Both the position numbers and the translations under genes were made by a program. Under the pieces are notes generated by a model. The model did no database searches and was not told the DNA's origin. It saw only the letters and a program-made list of their open reading frames with translations. 64,000 nt of DNA from NCBI GenBank assembly GCA_951406725.2, contig OX597815.1, positions 70,928,001 to 70,992,000 of the forward strand. Reading direction: 5' to 3'. Positions within the stretch are counted from its first letter, which is position 1; each line of letters starts with the position of its first letter. Shown here piece by piece: positions 40,945 to 54,725 of this stretch. This DNA is from Octopus vulgaris. Its lineage: Eukaryota.

Positions 40945-41320
40945 ACAGGTATGACCTCAGACACAATAGCAGTAGTTCGACATAACTTGCTGAACATTGG
41001 TTGCAATTTTGAGGAACACCTGAAAGTGCACATTCCCAGAAAATATTCTGAATCTTCAACACCGGACTTCAAAATGCATGAGGACAAATATATTTGTGAC
41101 TTATTAACATTACACCCTGGAGGAATGAATAAAAACCATAGGCGAATTTCATCACATTTACACAAAATAGGAACGCAGGATTTCCTCGTTTATATTTTTG
41201 AATTTCTATGCATCTGCATATTGTATTAGTTTTACATTTTGAACTTGAAAAAGACAAGAAAAAAAAAAAAACTGACGAGTAGTCGAAATATCGTTCAAGC
41301 CATTAAATAAACAATCTATT
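40945..41320 (+). mobile_element. Penelope-like element 3' end (GIY-YIG C-terminus plus HHR)
   Basis: GCNFEEHLKVHI..HEDKYICDLLTLHPGGMN (cf. RE..WI..L.TL.P.GLN). Confidence 0.72.
41239..41298 (+). ncRNA. Hammerhead ribozyme variant (U3-A8 core)
   Basis: TTGAAC-TTGAAAA-A-GAC..GTC-GAAA-TA-TC-GTTCAA. Confidence 0.68.
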
Positions 41321-41437
41321 ACAATCGCATCGCGCTCTCCTACTTCTAACAACAATTTCGCCCGGCATGCTAATAATCTGCCAGCTCGCCGCCTTAATAA
41401 TAATGATGATGATGATAACAACAACAAGAACAACATC

Positions 41438-41978
41438 AATGCGCTGATGCAATACCGGGTAGTGGCTCCCATGGATTCTAATCTTAACTGATTGGAAGTG
41501 TTAACATTTACGTTTTTTTGTCTTGGTGTAAGAGATAGACCATAGCAAATATTCTGCTCAGTAATACAGATTTGTTTGCTTGATCTTCACCAGTTGTGTA
41601 TGTCCCTTGGTGGCTGATGATATGTGCATCTCTGATCTCAGGCAGGAGTAGTGAGAGAGCATCATAGCCATGTGTTGAGAGGGATTCTTTGTGGTTTGAA
41701 TAATTCATCCATGGAAACACAGGTGTTTCTTTCATCATCCTTAAACAACCCTTATTCAGAGACCTTTTGAATGGGATGGGCTACTCGATCATAAGAAAAT
41801 TCTAACTGGGCCCCACTCGCAAAGTCGTGAGCTGTTTATGAGGTCACCATGTCGTGCACATATGGTTGTGATGTATGTACCTAGTGTAGACTTCTCAAAC
41901 GGGTAGTCATGATGGGTCGAATGGGCTTCGTATATTAGTATCTCAGCGTCATTTTGATGGCGTGTTATTCTCTCACTC
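41438..41978. mobile_element. Non-coding ~540-bp repeat family, full copy 3
   Basis: Colinear with 39550-40090; flanked by (CAA)n-type repeats. Confidence 0.88.
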
Positions 41979-42009
41979 AACAGCAACAACAACAACAACG
42001 ACAACAACA

Positions 42010-42216
42010 ATCCTTTCTACTAAAAGCATAAAGCCTGAAATTTTGGGGAGGGGCCAGTCGATTACATCGAACCCAGTACTCAACTGGTACTTATTTTATC
42101 GACCCCAAAAGGTTGAAAGACAAAGCCGACCTCGGCGGTATTTGTACTTAGAACGTAAAGACGGATGAAATGCTGTTAAACATTCTCTCCGGCGTGCTAA
42201 CGACTCTACCAGCTCA
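42010..42216 (-). mobile_element. SINE family A
   Basis: Reverse match to family A. Confidence 0.8.
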
Positions 42217-42224
42217 TAATAATG

Positions 42225-42500
42225 ATAATAGGGGACAGCTTTCTCGAAAATTTCTTTTGAAGAAGCGAGGTTAGGCACTCTAATATTAGCTATCAGATTT
42301 TTAAATACTATAGGAGGGTGACAAGACTGTGTATGTATATATGTGAGTTTCTCATTAGGCTTGTGGAACTGTTTATACGAAGAGTTTAAATCTCGAGAAA
42401 CATCTGAATAATCAACTATACAGAGATTAGTAGCTACGGGGATTTTAAGTCCTAACTGGTTAAAATCACACGTTTTAATGTTTCTCTCGTTCTCATCCTT
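42225..42500 (-). mobile_element. Penelope-like (Naiad-like) reverse transcriptase C-terminus/thumb fragment
   Basis: FNQLGLKIPVATNLCIVDYSDV..YKQFHKPNEKLTYIHTQSCHPPIVFKNL..LASSKEIFEKAVPYY. Confidence 0.88.
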
Positions 42501-43427
42501 GTTCCTCATCTTTTTCTCTGTTTCCTTTTGTTGATATGTGGGAACATACTTCTCTTTATGTGTTTGAGGAGAGGGTATATGTTTATGTCTATGGTGTTCA
42601 ATTACAATATCTCTCTCTTTCTCTCATTTTTTGCTATCTATGTATATTTCCGTGTGAATGTGTGCCTCTGTCGCCAATCAATACTGTCGCAAAAACAGGC
42701 TGAGTGTCCAGTCAAGCAGGCCAAATCGTTAGTGTCCAATCAGCTGTGCCCAAGCGTTCCATTTCGGTACAGGATTGATGAGTATGTGTGTCAGCTGGTT
42801 TGTATTTGTGTATGTATGTGTGTGTGTGGGGTGGTGGTGGTGGTGAGAGTGAATTTGCGCGTGTTTGTGTGTGTGCATGTGTGTGTTTTGTAATCTATTC
42901 ATTGTCCCGCATGTGTTTGTTGCTCTGTGACTACTTATTTGATTTGAACAGCCGGACTGGAAGTATGAAGTCGTCTGCTTTCCTTTTTATTGCTAGGTGT
43001 CAACTGGCTTCTAAATTCTACTTTCGTATGAGACGTTTTGACACAGCTGTTTTGGCGCTGCTCGTTTGGGGTCACTGATTAAACGATGACTTATTTGACA
43101 TCAAATATTTTAATGCTTCTTTTCCCCTCACTCCAATCTTTCTGTCTGTCTGTTTGTCTTTCTGTCTCTGTTTATGTGTGTGTGTATGTAGAGAGGGAAA
43201 CTGTTTATACCAAGTTTATTCAATTAATAAATTGCAATGTCTCTCTCTCTCTCTCACCTTCTCTTACTCTTTCTTTATATGTATGCTTCTGTGCGTGCCT
43301 ATGTATGTGTATGTGCGTGTGTGTGCGTGTGTGTGCGTGTGAGTGTGTCCGTCCGTATGTATGTGTACGTATGTGTGTGTGCTTGTGTGTGTATGTATGT
43401 GTGTGTGTGTGTGTGTGTGTTAGTGTT

Positions 43428-44820
43428 ATCTTTTATTCGTTTCAGCTATGTTGATGCAGTCATGCTGGGGCACCACTGTAATTTTGCAACGGCTGATTTC
43501 CTCAGGGCGATGGAGTTTCGCATTACCACTCCTGTATATTTCTTTGTCCCGACTGTTGGTCCATTTCGTGTTTGAGGGAGTTTGACTCCGCTGCCCTGGT
43601 CTGTACCTCATGCCGGGCCGTCGCTTCATCCGGTATTGTAGAGAAGAAAATGTCTAGTTCTTTTTTGAAAACATCTACGTCCACATTTTGCAGATTTCTT
43701 AATTTTTGTGGTAGGACATTAAAGAGCTATGGGCTTTTGAACCCTGAGCTATTGCGGTACCTGGTCCTGAATTTAGATGGAGTGGCTAGTACCTTTGGTA
43801 CGATACAACGGCGTCCAGTTCTGGCATTCGTATAACATTCAATGTCGAAATTAGATACAAGCCATTCCATATGTAGATTATTACATGTCTGTCGCATCTT
43901 CGCTCTAAGAAGTAAAGTTGTAGTTTTCCCAGCCTATCCCTGTAGCTCACCTGCTGCACAGTTGCAATCTTTTTTTGCGTGGTAACGTTAGACCGCTTCG
44001 AGCTCGCTGTTAGTTTGGTACCGAGTGGTGACCATAGATGAGAGCAGTAGTCCAGGCGGCTGAGAACAAAGGTACTCCACAGGGACAACATAACTTGTCG
44101 GTCCCTTGTCTTCAAGGACCTTAGTATCATTCCTGCCAATTGTTTGCACTTTGCTGCCATCTTGGTAATGTGCATATGAAATGATGCATCATTGCACATG
44201 CTGATCCCCAAGTCTTTCACTGCCTGTGACTCAGATTGAAACGCCTTCGGATCCTGTATATGTAGGCTGCGATGCATTTGTGAGTTGATACTGCAATGCT
44301 TGAAGTGGGATGAAGTAATGCTATTTCCAGCTTTAAACTGCATGTTGTTTACTTCAGTCCACTTGTATATTCCATTCAAGTCCCGCCGTAGTTTTGCGAC
44401 GTCATCTGGATTTTATATTGCCCGTGGTAATTTTGTATCATCAACGTAGCTAGTGACAATGGCTGTATGAGTGACCATGGGCTTGTCTAAGAGAGCTTTT
44501 ATAAACAGTAATGGCCTCAAAAGAGTTCCGCGGTGGAGCGCCTCTTCGAATTTGAGTTTCCTCAGAAAGAGCACCATTGGCTGCAACTGCCTGACTTTTT
44601 TCTTTAATGCAGTCATGCATCCACTCTCCCAGTTTACCAGCAATGCCAAAGTCTCGATCTCGCAGCTTGTGACATAACATGGCATAATCCACCTTATCAA
44701 AGAACTTCGCGAAGTCAAGATATATCACATTGATATGTGAATGATTAAGTAGCTGTTTCAAAACCCAATCATAATTTTGTAAGAGCTGTGTGAGACAGCT
44801 TCTTCCTGGACGGAAGCCAT
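43428..44820 (-). mobile_element. CR1-like LINE, 5'-truncated reverse transcriptase region
   Basis: HGFRPGRSCLTQLL, IYLDFAKFFDKVD, YVDDTK, VKDLGI, RLDYCSHLWSP. Confidence 0.92.
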
Positions 44821-44842
44821 GAATATGTGTATGTGTGTGTGT

Positions 44843-44887
<45 letters not shown>

Positions 44888-44972
44888 AAAGAGGCTAAAT
44901 AGGCTTAGCTACAACGATATAATTACGTATACATACATACAAACATACATACATACATACGTATATATATGT

Positions 44973-45043
<71 letters not shown>

Positions 45044-45046
<3 letters not shown>

Positions 45047-46512
45047 TATTATAAAAGACAGATTTTATCTGCCTCCCTTTGGGAGTTATAGAAATCTACA
45101 ATATAGGATTTCTTCAATTACAATTTACCTAGCATTTTAAAGAGTAGAATGCATCGGGTCATGCCAGATCCAGTTTTTAAAATTTAAACTCCAATTAAGC
45201 AAAATTTACAGAAAACTCACATTCTGGTGTGTGTGTCAAATGCTTTTCTTAGTCTGGTTTACACCACACGCAAACGCACACACACACACAGTGTGCAACG
45301 AATAAAATGAAAGTAAATAGCGACAGAGTGATTTGAGGAAGACTAAACTGAAAGTATTTAAACCACTACGCAAAAAATAAAAAAACACAGCAAACAGAAA
45401 CAAATAAATACATAACGATTTACTCCTCACACAATTTCTTCAATTAGAATTTACCTAAGATTTTTCAAAGTACTCCATTCGCTCATGCCATAATATATTT
45501 CTTTCAATTTCACCCCCAATTAAGACAAAATTCGAGAAAACTCAATATTTTAACATTTCACTCCGAAAGCATTGATGTACATGTGTCCGTGCGTGAGTGT
45601 GTGTGTGTGTGTGTGCGTGTGTGTTTGATGGGTTGTGCGACACAGAAAGGATGGTGTGTAAGTGAAGTGCTTTTGTTAGTGTGTTTAAAGAGACAGACAG
45701 AGTGAAAGACAGAAATAACTGAAGTTTTCACTATGATATCATCACGTGCGAAAAAATTCGAAGGGTTTTGAACAATTGAGATACAGATGTCACGCCTGTA
45801 TTGAAACCATTGCTAAGCTGCCGTAATTGCTTAATTAAGACTTTGTTTAAATTGAAAGGGGCAAATATGTGACGAGGTTGAAAAAAAATACCCCAGAAAA
45901 AAAAATGTACTGCTGGTATTTATATAATTCACTACTATTTTGCTACAATGTCATGAAAAAGAAAAAATTTAGGTATGTAAATCGAATTCGCCACCCCCTT
46001 TTCCCCGTTCGCGTTTGTGTAAAAAAAATTATTATTTAAGTTTTAAAAATTATTTACTTTCTTCAAAAAATATTAATATTAATTAATTTTCAAGAATTAT
46101 TTAATTTTATTCTGTAAAATAGTAATTAATTCATTTATCTGTAAATCCGCGAGGTTGTTACTCAGGCACCTACAATGGTAACCTTGTAACAATGGTAACA
46201 CTACAATGGTAACACTATCTCCTCCGAGACCCTGCGGCGCAAGTTGACCAAAATTGAGAGTATGGTAGAAGAAGGGTTGCTCTTCCTTCCGTAGAACATA
46301 AAATTCAAATCGGACCATGTTAACACCAAAAATTATTTACATCAAAAAGATGCTTTTTTTCTATGAAAATCCCTATTTTTACGATTTTTTCACTGCTGTG
46401 TCGCCACTTTTCGGTGTATTTCGACCAGAAAATGTTCACAAAATTTTTACTTTTCAAAATTACAATTCCAGCGGGTCGAAACAAACCCGAGCAACGCCGG
46501 GCGATACTGCTA

Positions 46513-46513
<1 letters not shown>
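45044..46513 (+). mobile_element. Non-autonomous Helitron
   Basis: A|TC 5' end, subterminal hairpin CCCGAGC-AAC-GCCGGG (46486-46501), CTAG|T 3' end, located in (AT)n. Confidence 0.88.
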
Positions 46514-46555
<42 letters not shown>

Positions 46556-48539
46556 CCGCACACACATACACACACAGACATCACCACATCGGAATTTGAA
46601 ATTAAATCACAAAGAAACGAAAGAAATACATCAGGGTGTTTATTCCGATGCTTCAATGATTCCGTCAAATGACCACCCTGCAAAATCTGAAATAATTCTT
46701 TCTCATCCTCTCTGTCACGCTGAATCTCTGTCGCTACCTCGCCCACTATTCCTGAGAGAGATGTGGGGACAGAGTCCTCAGGCTTGAGCTATAGTGAATC
46801 TTTCATTAGCTGATAACACAACAATAGACAATGGATGCGTTGCAGTTGCGGTCTTGTTAGAGCTTGGTGATCCTGACTATTGATCTAGGATTCCTCTGCT
46901 TAGCATCAATGTAAGAAACACCACTGGCTCAGTTGAACTCTTCCGCTGCCTCTTCACAATCTGTCATGCTGCAGTTCCATAGCTTCTCTGTATTCCCGTA
47001 ACTATGCTGGGCACAGTCGTCACTGCGTGAGGTATTTTCGAAATGCCTGCGAGCCCATATTACCTGCGTACCTACATAATGGTTTGTGATTTTGGCAAAA
47101 GGAGAATAATTTTCAAGGGAGAGGGAGTAGTCAATATATCGATCCCAATACTTAACTGACATTTTGTAATCAACCCCGAAAGAATGAAAGGCAAAGATTA
47201 CCTTAAAGGGTTTTGAAACCAGCTCACTACCCTACACAACCTAAAATAATGAAATCGCCAAGTGTTATTGTTGAATGTATCATCTCTTGTTAACATTACA
47301 ATTTCCAGTTTCTATGGAGGCGAACAGACTTCAAGGTGTTATATTAGATAAACATATGACATTTAACTGACAAAAGGTGTTATATTTGATAAATACACAA
47401 CCTTTGACCAACGCATCGACCAGTTCATCAATCATTCATATTCAGAAAATTCAAAAATGTTGAATAAATATATTTATTCTGGATCGAGTAATTTTGCCGT
47501 TTATTCTGAAGTAAACTAATACCACATACACAAGTGCGCGCACGCACACACACACATACACACTCTCATAAATATACATATACACATATACATATACATA
47601 CACACATACATATACATACACATATGCACATGCATATACACATACATACACTCACACTTGTCCCAGTATGCATATCCATACATGCACTCACACACATATA
47701 CACACATACAAGCACTCATACACGCACATACACACATTACACGCACTCATACACACATACGCACATCCACAAACCTGCATACACTCACGCATACGCATGC
47801 GTGCGCGCACACAAACCAACTCAAATGGCCAAAAGTATGGTTATGTGGCTAAGAAGTTCGCTTCCTGGTTGCGGGTTCGATTGTCTTGCGAGTCACATTA
47901 AGCAAATATCTTCTACCAAAACCTCGGGTCGACTAGAATCTTGTAAAAGAAATTTGGTAGATGAAAACTGTAAAGAAGCCCGTCGGGAAGTGATTGTTTC
48001 CTTCTTTACTGCGGTTGACTTAATCCGTCTCTCAGTGTAACAACACTACTTAACCTGTGGGGGCCTTTAGCGGAGACATTTCATTCACAAACATTCAGAG
48101 CAGGTTTACGTTCTGAACACATAACTTCCTTTTTGCAACCACCAATCATGAAGGCACTAAAAAGCATTATGAGTGCACCCCGCTCCCCTTCACTAATAAA
48201 GCCATTTGAAGAAGGCTTTGAATTACTTGAGGTACTTTTTGAAAATATATCTCTTTGTCTCTTTAATTTTTATTTGTTTCAATCATTGGGCTACAGCCAT
48301 GCTGCGGTATTGTCTTGAAGAGATATTTTTAATCGTGAGAGTGAATCTGTAACCACGTGGTTATAGAGCTAACTTCGTAACCATACAACCATTGTCCGTA
48401 CAGTCAAAACGGTGCTCTTAAAAAAGCAAAATAACATTAAACAACAGCACATGAATCGCAAGCGAACATGTCTTGGTAGCTTGTACTCCACTTTTGCTAA
48501 TTGTTTTAAGTTGTCATGTAATCATGAGCAGACATATGC

Positions 48540-48745
48540 ATCTTTTCGACCTGCTTAGCGTAACATTCGAGACTTGTCAGCTAGAAAGAGAAAAGATTCC
48601 GCTACCTTTAGGTTGTTACTCATTTTTCAGCTGAGTGGAGTAGAACAACAGAAAAGAAAGTGTCTTACTCAAAGGCCCTATGCGCCGTCTTGTCTGGAAA
48701 TCGAACGCATGGTCTTATGGTCGTCAACCCAGTGCCCTAGCCACG
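48540..48745 (-). mobile_element. SINE family C, diverged
   Basis: AAGTGTCTTACTCAA core and GGAAATCGAAC B-box-like motif in reverse. Confidence 0.55.
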
Positions 48746-48859
48746 CATCTTTTCACCGTTGCCATAAATCAGTTTTGTTTCTAGCATCCAAACTCATAAG
48801 GCCGGTTACCTGGTTTTCATGCTGAGATCACATTTTCTTCTGGGTGGGACGTCGGCTCG

Positions 48860-49063
48860 TTGCAAGGCTCAAGGCAAGCAATTTTCATGTAAGTGGTGGG
48901 TAAATTGATTACATCGATTCCAGTACTTGACAGATACTTTATTATATCGAGCCTGAAGAGATGAAATGCAAAGTCGATCTCAGTAGGATTTGAACTCAGA
49001 ACGTACTTAATGCCGCTAAATACTTTGTCTGACATGCTGACGATTCTACCAGCTCGCTGCCTA
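48860..49063 (-). mobile_element. SINE family A
   Basis: Reverse match to family A. Confidence 0.75.
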
Positions 49064-49570
49064 ATAATTGCACCTAATAATTGCACCTAATAATTGCACA
49101 ACAATTATTTAGTAACTAGAACTCCTGAAGATCATGTTTCCACAGCCCGAAACCATTGATGAAATAAATGAGTACGGCAAAGTAACACTCAATACCTAAT
49201 TCGAAAAATAATAAACGCTTCAACGAATATGAATTAGCAAAATATATATATCAGAAAGAATAAATATAAAACAAAGTTCTGTTTTTCACAATATTAGGCT
49301 GCGATCCACCATGTTTATGCATAAGCACGTTTTTGCATATGTAGCTGTGTCATTCTTTGTACGTCTAGGCATGTGTGTGTGTGTCTGTCTGTGTTTGCTT
49401 GCGTTATAATATTAATTAAATTTATTTTTTCAGGCTTTGAATTCTTGTCGCTTTCCTCAAATTCGTGCCTTTGTTCCTTGGTTTGGGACTCTTGTCTCTT
49501 CCATCTCTCCAAGAATGTTTCACTTCACCATATCCTTCACGCATCTACCCTGCTCCTGCTACTGCTACTA

Positions 49571-49644
<74 letters not shown>

Positions 49645-50060
49645 AGATGGTGCTCAAGACATTACAGTCTCCGACTAAATCCAAAACTAAATCCCGCTGG
49701 TTTTACCTTTGTCTTCCATTCCCGCGGGGTGGTGAAGCGGGGGTGAGTGTGTGGGTCTATGGTAAGAATTGTGATGGGGTGTGTCTTTGGTGAGATGGAG
49801 TGATGTTGCTCAATAAAATAATTACCGATCATATCTTGTCCTGTAGTAAATTTGGCCTTGTGCCTATCAAAGAAATCGTTATTATAGTTTTGGCCACATT
49901 CCAAATCGAAGCTTCTCTCGTCGCACACACGCATGTACATCCGTGCACACACACATACACCCTCACACACATATATACACATTCACACACATGCACACTC
50001 GCATATATACATGTTCGAGAAAATAGAGAATGTGCTTACACACACACATACACACATATA

Positions 50061-50092
<32 letters not shown>

Positions 50093-50111
50093 GTATACAT
50101 ATGTATGTGTG

Positions 50112-50160
<49 letters not shown>

Positions 50161-50161
50161 G

Positions 50162-50232
<71 letters not shown>

Positions 50233-51130
50233 GTATGTGTATGTATATATATATATATATGTATATGTGTGTACATATACAATCACATGTACACACGCAA
50301 TAAAAATCTGGCAAGATTAGACAAATGCATACACCTATGCACACATATACACACTCACATAAACACATGCATGAGAAAACAGAGGCTGTAGTTACACACG
50401 TACACACAAGCATAAACACACACATATACATACATGTGCATAAACACATCCAAGAAAAATTAGACTATGCGGTTAGAAGCCGGAATGTTGCTGACGTCAT
50501 CGACTTCATTGTCTAAAATCTACGATGTCTTGTACAGTTAAGGTGAAGTGCGTTATATTTAGCTGTTTTAAGAACAAAGGGCTTCTCAACCATTGAAGAG
50601 TGTTCGGTAATATTTAAACGTTAGAAGAATTTAAATTTAAAAATAATGAAATATTTGTCCATCTTTGGCTTGTAGCCAGACGCCTTTAGCTTGGTTTTCT
50701 AACATCTGAAAATGTTATTTTAATAATTGTGAGAATGATTTCTTACATGGGTATAAACCAATAGTACAGAACTCGATGAATTCAATCGAAGCAACATTAA
50801 ATTACAAACAGTTATCGATGTACCATACTAAACGCATGGACACTGTTGAAAGGCCTGCTATTGAGGTTTTTGTCTGAGAGAAAATGCGAATCTCTTGATA
50901 GACATGTTGCGTTAGGAAAGCACAATGTATACCGGAGCGAAATGAACAATGTCGCTCTTGTGATTCATGGGAACTATAAATGCCGAGGTCCGAAGTTCGT
51001 TGAAGCATATGATAGATAGGTACACGTTATTGACAAACTTCGAGGAAGGCGAAACACGTCAAACGTTCCTATGGTTATCTACTTGCATGCAATGTTTATA
51101 GGCGTCGGCAACCATAGATCTCTTTGCTAA

Positions 51131-51530
51131 TACTCTTACTTGTTTCAGTCTTTTGACTGTGGCCATGCTGGAGCACCGCCTTTAGTCGAGCAAATCGACC
51201 CCAGGACTTATTCTTTGTAAGCCTAGTACTTATTCTATCGGTCTCTTTTGCCGAACCGCTAATGTTACGGGGACGTAAACACACCAACATCGGTTGTCAA
51301 GCGATATTGGAGGGACAAACACAGACACACAAACATACACACACATGCATATATATATACATATATACGACAGGCTTCTTTCGGTTTCCGCCTACCAAAT
51401 CCGCTCACAAGGTTTTGGTCGGCCCGAGGCTATAGTAGAAGACACTAGCCGAAGGTGCCACACAGTGGGACTGAACCTGGAACCATGTGGTTGGTAAGCA
51501 AGCTGCTTACCACACAGCCACTCCTACGCC
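51131..51530 (-). mobile_element. SINE family B, full length
   Basis: Complete reverse copy. Confidence 0.9.
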
Positions 51531-53169
51531 TGAAGATCCATAAGTTTTCTTCGGAATGCTACAGTGGAGCCTCCCCATTGCCGTCTGTTTTATTTACAGA
51601 CTGCTACTCTCCTGCTCTTCTATGTTTTCTCTCAGGTTACAGACTACAGACCTTCCGGCAGAAAGATGGTCCACGTGACATCACGGCATATCTATACAGC
51701 AGTGGGCTTGTGAGGTACATTTCTAGGGGCCCGTCCTCTTCTGAGTCCTGCATGCCTTAGCTACAGGACAATTTACTACTATTTGATTTATAAGGAGAGC
51801 CATTTACAAGTACCCCACTTTTTGTGTTACAGCAGACTGGAAGTACTGGCGACTAAGGAATAACTTTACACTCCCTCAAAATATCTGAACTTCCAGGTTG
51901 GATCCTCACCAGCGGGTGTCATTTAATGTTTTGCCTAGTGTTACTAACCTTATACAAAGCTTGTGACTGACAAATGTAGGGACAATACTGCCACAACACA
52001 CATACACGACTTTTTAGCCTGCATCCAAAGAAAGACAAGTAAATTATGTGTGCCTGTACACATGTCTAAAAAGAAGTGTTTATCCGCCTCGCCATTAACT
52101 TGACAGCCAGCCATAAGCTGATTTATATCCCGAGCTAAATGACTCTGTGCTATCAGTATAGTCAGTGTTCTTCTTATTGCTATTGTTATTACCATGTATT
52201 TTTTTCTGGTTGCATCTTCTTAGGTTTGAGGGAGATGTGACCTCGTACGCACATGGTATGTTTTTCTGTCCCCTGCTTTATTGTGTCGTACGAAGTTGTT
52301 GATATATTTGCTTAACGGAAAAGCTTATATATTTGAAGCTTTCAACGTCATTGTATTTATTACCGAACATCGATGAGATGCTGTGTAAGACTGCATAATG
52401 TTTCTACAAATGTTGTTATTAATTTACTGAAACGCATGTATGTTCTATAAAACATTGAATGGAATAGCTGTTTTCTGTAAATAGTTACAGTTTACAAACT
52501 AACACACACACGGATATAATTCACTGTTATAATAAGCATTTAAAAGTGGTGTGTGATCTTATGGCATGCATTTTCTGGGGGTGATTTAATTTCATAGGCA
52601 GTGATACTATTTGAACCATTCAATTCATATAGCAATTATGCAACAATCCAGAAGTGTTTGAAAATAAATACCATGCACTCGCGTACACACATAAATACAC
52701 ATACATATGCATTTGCCATAACAAAACACATATTCAGACGCACCCATAAACAGTTGAAATACTTAATGTTTTCAGAGAATGTTTTTTGTTGATTTTACAC
52801 CTATTTTTGACAGGAGAAGTTTTTAAAAAATTGTTTATATTAATCTATACTTAGTATTTAATAATAAATTCTTATATCGTATTTTTAATCGTATTTTCAG
52901 TAAGCATCTTCAATAAAACCGGTATTAATTCGTAGCATTGTTTATGAATTGTCGATTTTTTTCCAGAAGAGTTTCGGTTTTCGCTTTGATTTAATGTTTT
53001 GCTACAAAATCTTCAAAAACATGGAAGTTTACAGAGTGTCCGTGTTGGCTCAAAGACTCACTTTGATAAGCTTTGTAGAAATGTCTTGACGAATTCAACA
53101 GAATGACTGGAATCGACATCATGTTGGTATATTAATTGTCTGGGTTAAGTTAGCAGCTGCGTAAGAAAC

Positions 53170-53370
53170 GTACGAGCTGGTTAAATCGTCAGCAGGTCGG
53201 ACAAAATGCTTGGCGGCATTTCTTGTAGCTCTTGACTTTTTGAGTTCAAATTCCACCAAGGTAAACTTTGAATTTCATCTCTTCGAAGTTAATAAAACAA
53301 AATATTAGTCAAGTGTTGAGGTAAGTGTAATTAACTTGTCCCTTTCCTATAAAACTGGTGACCTTGAACT
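53170..53370 (+). mobile_element. SINE family A, diverged
   Basis: CGAGCTGG..AAAATGCTTGGCGGCATTT..GAGTTCAAATTCC. Confidence 0.7.
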
Positions 53371-53816
53371 GTACAAGAGACTGACGTTCCTTTCAGGGGG
53401 AATATTGTTATATTGGTCTCTTATACGCCATAGAAACCGGCAACCAGCCTGATGAATCCTTGGGCTAAAACAACCAAAAAAAACTCAGACTGCATGAGCA
53501 TTTTCAGTTCAGAGAACAAATGTTCAAATACTTTAACATGTGTAACACTCACACTATTGTATCAGCAACTTCAAAGGCTAAATTCAATCAAATTTTCATT
53601 TGCTCTTCTCAATTATCCATGACAACTATCAGTGGAGACGAGACATAATAACTCATCTTTGATAATATTTCGCAAGAAATTGAAGATTTTTGTTTATGCC
53701 GTTTATGAAATGGATTTCTATAAGCAGTGTTTTTCCTTTTTGATAACTCGAATTTTGGGACAGAATACCTAATACAAATTCTGAACTACCGGATACATTT
53801 CTTTCGTCCACGTATA

Positions 53817-54041
53817 TCTTTTACTTTTTATCCTTTACTCGTTTCAGTCATTTGACTGCGACTATGCTGGGGCAGAGGCTTAAAGGGATTTAGTCAAACA
53901 AATCGACCCCAGGACTTAAGTTTTTAAAGCCTAGTACTTATTCTATCGGTGTCTTTCGTCAAACTGCTAAGTTACAGGGACGTAAGTACACCAACACCGG
54001 TTGTCAAGAGATGGTGGGAGACAAATACAGACACAGACACA

Positions 54042-54109
<68 letters not shown>

Positions 54110-54262
54110 TGGCTTCTTTCAGTTTCCGACTACCAAATTCACTCACAAGGCTTTTGGTCGACCCGAGGCTATAGTAGAAGACCCTTGTCCAAAGCGCCAC
54201 ACAGAAAGGCTGAAGCATGTAGTTGAGAAGCAAGCTTCTTACCACACAACCATGCCTGCGCC
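53817..54262 (-). mobile_element. SINE family B, full length
   Basis: Complete reverse copy with internal (CA)n. Confidence 0.85.
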
Positions 54263-54439
54263 TATAGTGGAATTATTGAATGTGTAAGGGGCAGCTTCCC
54301 GCTACCAAAAAGCTAGTTTTCTGAATCTTTCCTCGTATTTAAATCCTTTTCCCTGGTTTGATTAACTATTTTATGCTAGTCAATTCAATGTCTACTTTTA
54401 TTCCAGCCTTTCTTGGCGGTCCAGAAAGGACGTGTAAAA

Positions 54440-54725
54440 GCGTGTGTCCTGGCGGTTAGGGTGTTGCATTCACGATCATACGATCGCGGTTTCGATTTCC
54501 GGATCGGGAGGCGCGTTCTGTTCTAGAGCAAAATATTTAATTTTACGTTGCTCCAGTTCGCTCAATCGTAAATGGATTCCAGCAATAGCTGGGAAGTTAA
54601 CTTTGTGACTGATCGGCGCCCCGTTCATGATGGGTGGTTTGAGTGTTGCAATTGCAGTCACTTCTTCGCCATGGAAAAACCGGGTTACTCTCCGGCCCTC
54701 TGAGTTCTAGGTTACGTGACACACC
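54440..54725 (+). mobile_element. SINE family C
   Basis: GGCGGTTAGGGTG..GGTTTCGATTTCC head. Confidence 0.65.

Noticed and set aside
43039-43074. HHR-like fold TGAC..CAGCTG..GTCA on the minus strand upstream of the PLE RT fragment
   Set aside because: Both core boxes are too degraded to call
49061-49099. 13-bp x3 repeat (also 10-bp repeats near 23441) as CRISPR-like
   Set aside because: Contiguous tandem slippage with no spacers, in a eukaryotic context
50480-50499. ETS-like CCGGAA plus CRE TGACGTCA as a promoter
   Set aside because: Short motifs expected by chance; no associated gene
53425-53470. GAAAC..CTGATGA in SINE C tails as a permuted hammerhead
   Set aside because: No room for stem I or an NUH site; it looks like an ordinary SINE tail
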